The translations under genes and the position numbers were made by a program. A stretch of DNA of 64,000 nt from Sphingobacteriaceae bacterium (lineage in GTDB: Bacteria > Bacteroidota > Bacteroidia > Sphingobacteriales > Sphingobacteriaceae): NCBI GenBank assembly GCA_965284455.1, contig OZ260086.1, positions 1,728,686 through 1,792,685 on the forward strand, in the 5' to 3' direction. Every line of letters starts with the position of its first letter. The first letter of the stretch is position 1. The notes beneath the pieces were generated by a model. That model searched no databases. It was not told the DNA's origin and was given only the letters and a program-made list of their open reading frames with translations. Below, in pieces: positions 58,105 to 64,000 of this stretch.

Positions 58105-59520
58105 CTAAAGATTAGACACATCCGGCATTATTTTACCAGGATTTAAAATTCCTTTGGGATCGAAAACCTGCTTAATTCCACGCATTAAATTCAAATGGAT
58201 TTCGGAATACTTGATTGGCATAAATTCTTTCTGTACCAATCCAATTCCATGTTCACCAGATAAGGTACCACCAAGAGCTGTAGTGAGTTCAAAAATTTCG
58301 GCAATACCAGATTTGAGTTTGGTTTTCCAATCTTCGTCGCTCATTCCGGCTTTTATAATGTTTACGTGCAGGTTACCATCGCCGGCATGCCCATAGCAAA
58401 CGCTTTCAAAACCATACCGGCCACCAATTTCCTTAATACCGTTTACCAGTTTAGGTAAAGCAGCGCGGGGCACAACAGTATCTTCTTCCTTATAAACCGA
58501 ATTCGATTTTACCGATTCGGCCATGGTTCTGCGCATACGCCAAAGCTCTTCTTTCTGGCTGGCAGTATCGGCAAATAAAACCTCCGTACATTTATGTTCT
58601 TCTAAAACGATATTGGTTTTTTCGCAGTTTTTAAAAATATCATCTAAATCATCGCCATCGAATTCAATCATCAGCAGAGCTGCAACATCATCTTTTAAAT
58701 CAAACTTAATATCATCGAATTTAATTACCCACTCCACTCCTTTTCGTTCCATAAACTCTAAGGCCGAGGGCGTTACTCCTGCCCTAAAAATAGCCGAAAC
58801 AGCTGCACAGGCATCTTCGTTGGTACTAAAAGAACCCATCATCAACACCGATTGTGAGGGTTTAGGTAATAGCTTGGTTACAATTTTGGTTACCACGCCC
58901 AAAGTGCCTTCCGAGCCGATCATTAACTGGGTTAAATTATAACCCGAAGCATATTTTAAGGTATTGGCCCCTGTCCAGATGATATCGCCGTTAGGTAAAA
59001 CTACCTCCAGGTTTAAAATATATTCGCGAATGGTACCGTATTTTACTACACGCGGTCCGCCCGAACCATGCGCTACATTACCACCAATAAAGCAAGAACC
59101 CTTGCTGCTCGGATCAACCGGATACAACAAGCCTTTTTCGGCAACAGCATTAATAAATTCTTCGGTAATTACACCTGGCTCAACAGTAGCCTGCAGGTTT
59201 TCGGTATCAATATCTAAAATGGCTTTAAATTTTTCCATCGATAAAGAAACGCCACCGTAAATGGGCAGAGCGGCACCACTTAAGCCTGTACCACCACCAC
59301 GGGGCGTTACCGGCACATGATGGGCATTACAGATTTTTAAGAGGGCCGAAATTTCTTCGGGCGTAGTGGGTTTTACCACAACCTCAGGCTGGTAGCGCAA
59401 ATCTTCGGTTTCGTCGTGACTATAGTTTTCTAAACTTTCTGTGTCGGTAAAAACCTTATCTGCACCAATTGCTGAGGTGATTTCTGCTAAAATTTCTGTA
59501 TTTATTTTGGTAAAATTCAT
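58105..59520 (-). CDS. FAD-linked oxidase, GlcD/D-2-hydroxyacid dehydrogenase-like (start likely 59520)
   Basis: PRGGGTGLSG, DPSS, GSEGTLG, GHAGDGNLH, SGEHGIG and LNPGK motifs. Confidence 0.92.
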   Translation of the reverse strand: MNFTKINTEILAEITSAIGADKVFTDTESLENYSHDETEDLRYQPEVVVKPTTPEEISALLKICNAHHVPVTPRGGGTGLSGAALPIYGGVSLSMEKFKAILDIDTENLQATVEPGVITEEFINAVAEKGLLYPVDPSSKGSCFIGGNVAHGSGGPRVVKYGTIREYILNLEVVLPNGDIIWTGANTLKYASGYNLTQLMIGSEGTLGVVTKIVTKLLPKPSQSVLMMGSFSTNEDACAAVSAIFRAGVTPSALEFMERKGVEWVIKFDDIKFDLKDDVAALLMIEFDGDDLDDIFKNCEKTNIVLEEHKCTEVLFADTASQKEELWRMRRTMAESVKSNSVYKEEDTVVPRAALPKLVNGIKEIGGRYGFESVCYGHAGDGNLHVNIIKAGMSDEDWKTKLKSGIAEIFELTTALGGTLSGEHGIGLVQKEFMPIKYSEIHLNLMRGIKQVFDPKGILNPGKIMPDVSNL

Positions 59521-59521
59521 T

Positions 59522-59890
59522 TTAATTGGCTGCTGAGTAACTAAGTTTAACAAAAGAATGGCCTATCTGTCCGGGCATTGGCGGATTAAGCTTTTTCATG
59601 CTTACCTCGATCTTTTCTACAAAAGGATAAATTTCGATCACTTTAGAGATGATATTATTCAAAACGGTTTCCAATAGCTTTTGGGTATTTTTCATTTCCG
59701 CCCTAATAATGCTGTTCAGATCTTCGTAATTAACGGTTTGCGCCAGTTCATCATCAAATCCAACTGGAGTAAATTCGGTTGTTAAATCTATAATAAAATG
59801 ATTTCCAGTCAATTGTTCTTCCGGATAATAGCCGTGCAAGGCAAAGCATTTTACATCTTTTAAAGCTACGGTTTGTTTTATGTGGCCCAT
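59522..59890 (-). CDS. folB: Dihydroneopterin aldolase
   Basis: HGYYPEE, TVNYE, LLET and KLNPP motifs. Confidence 0.9.
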   Translation of the reverse strand: MGHIKQTVALKDVKCFALHGYYPEEQLTGNHFIIDLTTEFTPVGFDDELAQTVNYEDLNSIIRAEMKNTQKLLETVLNNIISKVIEIYPFVEKIEVSMKKLNPPMPGQIGHSFVKLSYSAAN

Positions 59891-60002
59891 CTATGTTTTG
59901 TATGTTGCAAAATTAAATTTTTATTCACGAATATAATGCCCATTGCCGTAAATTGTTACCTTTGAAATGAACCCAATTGCTTAACCAGATTAGTATACAA
60001 CC

Positions 60003-61193
60003 ATGAGCAAATCAGCAAAAAAAGACTTATATGAAGCGCCAGACTATTATTTATTGGACGAATTGTTAACCGATGAGCATAAACTGATCCGTGCAACCGC
60101 GCGCGAATGGGTAAAAAAAGAAGTAAGCCCCATTATTGAAGATTATGCCCAAAGAGCCGAATTTCCCAAACATTTAATAAAAGGATTGGCTGATATAGGT
60201 GCTTTTGGTCCGACTATCCCGGTCGAATATGGTGGTGCGGGTTTAGATTATACCGCTTACGGCATTTTAATGCAGGAAATAGAGCGCGGCGATTCGGGCA
60301 TTCGCTCTACCGCATCTGTTCAGGGTTCGTTGGTCATGTACCCTATTTATGCTTACGGCACTGAAGAACAGCGTAAAAAATACCTGCCTAAGCTGGCCAG
60401 TGGCGAAACGATGGGTTGCTTTGGCCTAACCGAACCCGATCATGGTTCGAATCCGGGTGGCATGGTAACCAACATTAAAGATGCAGGGAGCCATTATATT
60501 TTAAATGGTGCTAAAATGTGGATCAGCAATGCCCCATTTGCAGATATTGCAGTAGTTTGGGCGAAAGATGAGGCAGGAAAAATCAGGGGAATGGTTGTTG
60601 AGCGTGGCATGGAAGGATTTTCTACTCCCGAAACGCACAATAAATGGAGCTTAAGGGCTTCGGCCACAGGCGAACTGGTATTTGATAACGTGCAAATCCC
60701 GAAAGAAAATGTTTTCCCCGAAATAAGCGGACTCAAAGGGCCTTTGGGCTGCTTAAACCAGGCACGTTACGGCATTGCCTGGGGTGCATTAGGCGCAGCG
60801 ATGGATTGTTACGATACTGCGCTACGTTATTCGAAAGAACGCGTACAGTTTGGTAAGCCTATTGGTGGTTTCCAGCTTCAGCAAAAAAAACTGGCCGAAA
60901 TGGTTACCGAAATTACCAAAGGACAGCTTTTGGTTTGGCGTTTGGGTACACTGAAAAGCGAAAACCGTGCAACTGCCGAACAGATATCGATGGCCAAAAG
61001 AAACAGTGTAGAAATTGCTCTGGATATTGCGCGTAACGCCCGCCAGATGCTTGGTGGAATGGGCATTACAGGCGAATACTCTATTATGCGCCACATGATG
61101 AATTTAGAATCTGTTGTAACCTACGAAGGCACTCATGATATACATTTACTGATTACCGGAATGGATGTAACCGGATTAAATGCTTTTAAATAA
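60003..61193 (+). CDS. Acyl-CoA dehydrogenase (glutaryl-CoA dehydrogenase-like)
   Basis: CFGLTEPDHGSNP, GAKMWI, LGGMGI and TYEGTHDIH motifs. Confidence 0.92.
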   Translation: MSKSAKKDLYEAPDYYLLDELLTDEHKLIRATAREWVKKEVSPIIEDYAQRAEFPKHLIKGLADIGAFGPTIPVEYGGAGLDYTAYGILMQEIERGDSGIRSTASVQGSLVMYPIYAYGTEEQRKKYLPKLASGETMGCFGLTEPDHGSNPGGMVTNIKDAGSHYILNGAKMWISNAPFADIAVVWAKDEAGKIRGMVVERGMEGFSTPETHNKWSLRASATGELVFDNVQIPKENVFPEISGLKGPLGCLNQARYGIAWGALGAAMDCYDTALRYSKERVQFGKPIGGFQLQQKKLAEMVTEITKGQLLVWRLGTLKSENRATAEQISMAKRNSVEIALDIARNARQMLGGMGITGEYSIMRHMMNLESVVTYEGTHDIHLLITGMDVTGLNAFK

Positions 61194-61216
61194 TCAAACC
61201 ACACGGTAAATAAATA

Positions 61217-61246
61217 GAGCCTTCGATTATTCAGGATCGAGGGCTT
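61217..61246 (+). terminator. Intrinsic terminator
   Basis: GCCTTCGAT...ATCGAGGGC followed by T8. Confidence 0.75.
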
Positions 61247-61379
61247 TTTTTTGCCAAATCCTTAAAATAACTTTAATATAAAATTTAGTCGAACACAACT
61301 TCGCTTTACTATCTTTGCACAATCTGAGGAGTCCGTTGAGTTTAATCTAAAACGGACCCCAAATAAATCATTAAACGAT

Positions 61380-61757
61380 ATGGACTTTAAAAAATACACC
61401 TACATACCTGCCCCACCCGAAGAAGTTTATTTAGCCCTTACCAAAGAAACCAGTATTAAATTATGGACTGGTGCCGAAGTTGAATTTCAAGAAGCACCAG
61501 AAACTGAATTTTCTTTTTGGGATGGAGATATTACTGGAAAGAACATCGAATTTGTTTACGGTAAACAAATTGTACAGCAATGGTATTTTGGAGAAGAAAA
61601 CGATCCTTCTATTGTAACCATAAAATTGCACGAAGATAAAAAAGGAACCTCATTAGAATTTAAACAAACCAATATCCCCGACGAAGACTACGCCGATTTT
61701 ACCGAAGGAATACAAGAATATTTCCTGGGTGGATTGGTAGATTTCTTTGACGAATAA
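61380..61757 (+). CDS. SRPBCC/Aha1-like domain protein
   Basis: PEEVYLALT, FSFWDGDITG and IVQQW motifs; promoter box TATCTTTG at 61310-61317. Confidence 0.85.
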   Translation: MDFKKYTYIPAPPEEVYLALTKETSIKLWTGAEVEFQEAPETEFSFWDGDITGKNIEFVYGKQIVQQWYFGEENDPSIVTIKLHEDKKGTSLEFKQTNIPDEDYADFTEGIQEYFLGGLVDFFDE

Positions 61758-61771
61758 ACGCAGATACAAAA

Positions 61772-62590
61772 ATGAAAACTAAAATTAACGCGCTCATTGT
61801 TTCCTTATTTTTCCTGGCTACCCTCAGTTCCTGTACTACATACCTTACACCGGCAATTCTGGGCAATAACATGGGCTATTTACCAAAAGCCATGGGTGCC
61901 GATAGTATTAAAACGCTAACACATGTATCTGCAAGCCTGGCTGGTTCTATTTCTCCAGATGCGGATGTGAATTTCACTTTAGGAATGGCAAATTTAAGTC
62001 GTTCGCATACCTTCAAAACAGCAAACATTTCTTATGGCATTTTCGGTTACGCCGGAACATCAACTTACAAGCGCGCTAATGATAATACAGCAAACCAGTC
62101 AAACGACTATCTGCCCTCTTTTAGAAAATCAATCAGTGGTGTTGGATTCAGGCTTTCAACAGGGCTTCACCATACCTCTGCCAACGGTAATACAGATTTC
62201 AGGTTTATTAATTTTGAAAATGCATTAAGTTTTGAAGGTGGTGCATACACTAAATTCAGGCAAGAAGTTTACGACAGTAAATTACCAGATTACGTAGCCG
62301 TTACCAACAGAAAGGTACTTTGGACAACTGGCTTATCAACTGAGGTCATCTGGAGGAGCAGTAACGACCACGATATCAGGCATGCTTTTAGACTTTTTAT
62401 AGGTGGCACGCCCAATTTTGTAGATAGTTTTAGATCAGGCACTAATGCTGCCAACGACATTTATGGCAGAAATTCGGCAGGTTGGGTTTTCAGTTATTTC
62501 CTGAATATCAATCGGTTTTCGCTTTCCTATGAGCTGGCCGATAATGTAAATTATGCGCAAAAAATAAGCTTCGGTTATTCGTTCCGTTAA
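61772..62590 (+). CDS. Hypothetical lipoprotein, possibly beta-barrel
   Basis: Lipobox LSSC; alternating aromatic strands; C-terminus ISFGYSFR. Confidence 0.65.
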   Translation: MKTKINALIVSLFFLATLSSCTTYLTPAILGNNMGYLPKAMGADSIKTLTHVSASLAGSISPDADVNFTLGMANLSRSHTFKTANISYGIFGYAGTSTYKRANDNTANQSNDYLPSFRKSISGVGFRLSTGLHHTSANGNTDFRFINFENALSFEGGAYTKFRQEVYDSKLPDYVAVTNRKVLWTTGLSTEVIWRSSNDHDIRHAFRLFIGGTPNFVDSFRSGTNAANDIYGRNSAGWVFSYFLNINRFSLSYELADNVNYAQKISFGYSFR

Positions 62591-62633
62591 AACATAATTG
62601 ATTTGATGCTGTTCTGTTGTAAACTTAATCGTT

Positions 62634-62846
62634 ATGAACAGAACCGTAGGACTTGTATTAATCGTTGTTGGTATCGCCATGCTCATTTGGACAGGTTTTA
62701 CCTACACCAAAAAAGAAAAATTGGTAGATGCTGGCCCAATCCAGATCTCTGCTGATAAAGAAAAATCAGTTAACTGGCCGCCCTATTTTGGCGGAATTAT
62801 TTTGGTAGCCGGGGTATTTGTGCTGGTGGCTTCCAGAAAAAAATAA
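62634..62846 (+). CDS. Small 2-TM membrane protein
   Basis: TM-YTKKEKLVDAGPIQISADKEK-TM architecture, 70 aa. Confidence 0.75.
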   Translation: MNRTVGLVLIVVGIAMLIWTGFTYTKKEKLVDAGPIQISADKEKSVNWPPYFGGIILVAGVFVLVASRKK

Positions 62847-62856
62847 TTTGTCTTGC

Positions 62857-62895
62857 TGGGCTTGTCGATAATATTAAGGTATTTCGACAAGCCCA
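62857..62895. terminator. 12-bp inverted repeat between convergent genes
   Basis: TGGGCTTGTCGA-N15-TCGACAAGCCCA. Confidence 0.65.
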
Positions 62896-62909
62896 AACCG
62901 ACATGTTTT

Positions 62910-64000
62910 TTATAATTCAGTGCTATAAACTGATCTTATAGCATCTCTTAAGTTGTATTTTGAAGCCATTACTTCACCATAAGCGCCCGCACTACGGATA
63001 GCAAAAATATCACCTCTGAACGATTCAGGTTGTTCTACCTCTTTACCAAAACAATCTGTGCTTTCGCAAATAGGTCCAACGATATCGTATTTAAATAAGC
63101 CTGGAGTTTGGAGCCTGGGGCTTGGAGTTTGAGATAAGTTCTCAATTTTATGATAAGCCTGATATAAAGCTGGGCGCATCAATTCAGTCATACCAGCATC
63201 TAAAACCACAAAATTCTTTTTCTTACCTTTTTTAATGTATAACGCCCGTGTAATTAACGAAGCCGATTGGCCAACCAATGCCCTGCCCAGTTCGAAATGT
63301 ACTTCCTGGCCGGCTTTAACGTCTAAAAATTCATTAAAAATTTTAAAGTAAGCTTCAAAATCAGGAATCTGGTTATCAGGATTGTGATAATCGATTCCTA
63401 AACCACCACCAACGTTTAAAACTTTTAAAGTAAAGCCTTTATCTTCAAACCAGGTCGCAAATTCGTTTACACGTACGCAAAGGTTTTTATAAACATCTAA
63501 ATTGGTAATTTGCGAACCAATATGGAAGTGGATTCCGATGAATTTTAAGTTAGCAGAAGCTTTTAGAGTATCGGCACACTCTGGTAAATCCCATGAGTTG
63601 ATACCGAATTTATTTTCATCCAAACCGGTTGTAATGTTGTGGTGCGTATGTGCATCTACATTTGGGTTGATACGGATAGCTACCTGAGCCGTTTTACCCT
63701 TTTTAGCAGCCAGTTCATTTAACACTTCCAGTTCCTGGATCGACTCTACATTGAAGCAAAAAATATCAAGATCAAGTGCTTCATTTATTTCCTTATCTGA
63801 TTTACCCACTCCGGCAAAAACAATTTTACCGGCTTCAAAGCCTACTTCAACGGCCCTTCTCACTTCGCCTGCACTCACACAATCGGCACCGAAACCAATA
63901 CCTTTAATCTGCTCAAGCAAAACAGCATTGAAGTTAGCCTTCAACGCGTAATGGATATGAAACTTGTATGGAGCAGCAGCATCTGCGCAGGTGCGCAAAG
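62910..64000 (-). CDS. lysA: Diaminopimelate decarboxylase, 5'-truncated by window edge
   Basis: YALKAN (PLP Lys), HIGSQ, NVGGG, GPICES and GAYG motifs. Confidence 0.96.
   Translation of the reverse strand, partial: LRTCADAAAPYKFHIHYALKANFNAVLLEQIKGIGFGADCVSAGEVRRAVEVGFEAGKIVFAGVGKSDKEINEALDLDIFCFNVESIQELEVLNELAAKKGKTAQVAIRINPNVDAHTHHNITTGLDENKFGINSWDLPECADTLKASANLKFIGIHFHIGSQITNLDVYKNLCVRVNEFATWFEDKGFTLKVLNVGGGLGIDYHNPDNQIPDFEAYFKIFNEFLDVKAGQEVHFELGRALVGQSASLITRALYIKKGKKKNFVVLDAGMTELMRPALYQAYHKIENLSQTPSPRLQTPGLFKYDIVGPICESTDCFGKEVEQPESFRGDIFAIRSAGAYGEVMASKYNLRDAIRSVYSTEL

Noticed and set aside
59957-59981. 5-codon uORF (MNPIA) right after a TACCTTTG box upstream of the acyl-CoA dehydrogenase
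   Set aside because: Too short to distinguish from chance without Ribo-seq.
1-64000. CRISPR arrays, rRNA, intact IS/transposases, prophage or defence genes, and the many antisense/overlapping ORFs in the track
   Set aside because: No regularly spaced repeat-spacer units or such gene motifs seen. The shadow ORFs lie within well-supported genes and lack motifs.

Overview
AT-rich bacterial chromosomal segment, most likely Bacteroidota/Sphingobacteriaceae (Pedobacter-like). This is inferred from SusC/SusD, a T9SS PorP/CTD pair and many TAnnTTTG promoter boxes. Contents: (1) a Tat-exported molybdenum hydroxylase cluster with a di-haem c-type partner, whose large subunit is frameshifted at a T-homopolymer; (2) an ECF-sigma/FecR-controlled galactoside PUL (GH110, GH35, lipoprotein, SusD, SusC); (3) a FUSC protein and a T9SS type-B cargo/PorP operon; (4) mostly core housekeeping genes (ohr, bioB, mgtE, corA, aroQ, xerD, prmC, ribD, galM, galK, folB, lysA and others); (5) a TolC/MFP/ABC efflux operon with a LytS/LytTR two-component system. 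I found no CRISPR array, rRNA, canonical tRNA, intact IS, prophage or defence system. The most unexplained signals are non-coding or degenerate: a tRNA(CAU)-like cloverleaf behind an unannotated 53-aa ORF, divergent from a DEAD-box protein that has lost its catalytic motifs (45.4-47.6 kb); a purine-rich, repeat-laden, terminator-ended sRNA candidate (19.7-20.07 kb); heptamer repeats inside lysA; 21-bp phased repeats upstream of the efflux operon; and several REP-like palindrome families. All product calls rest on motif recognition by eye; no database searches were run.
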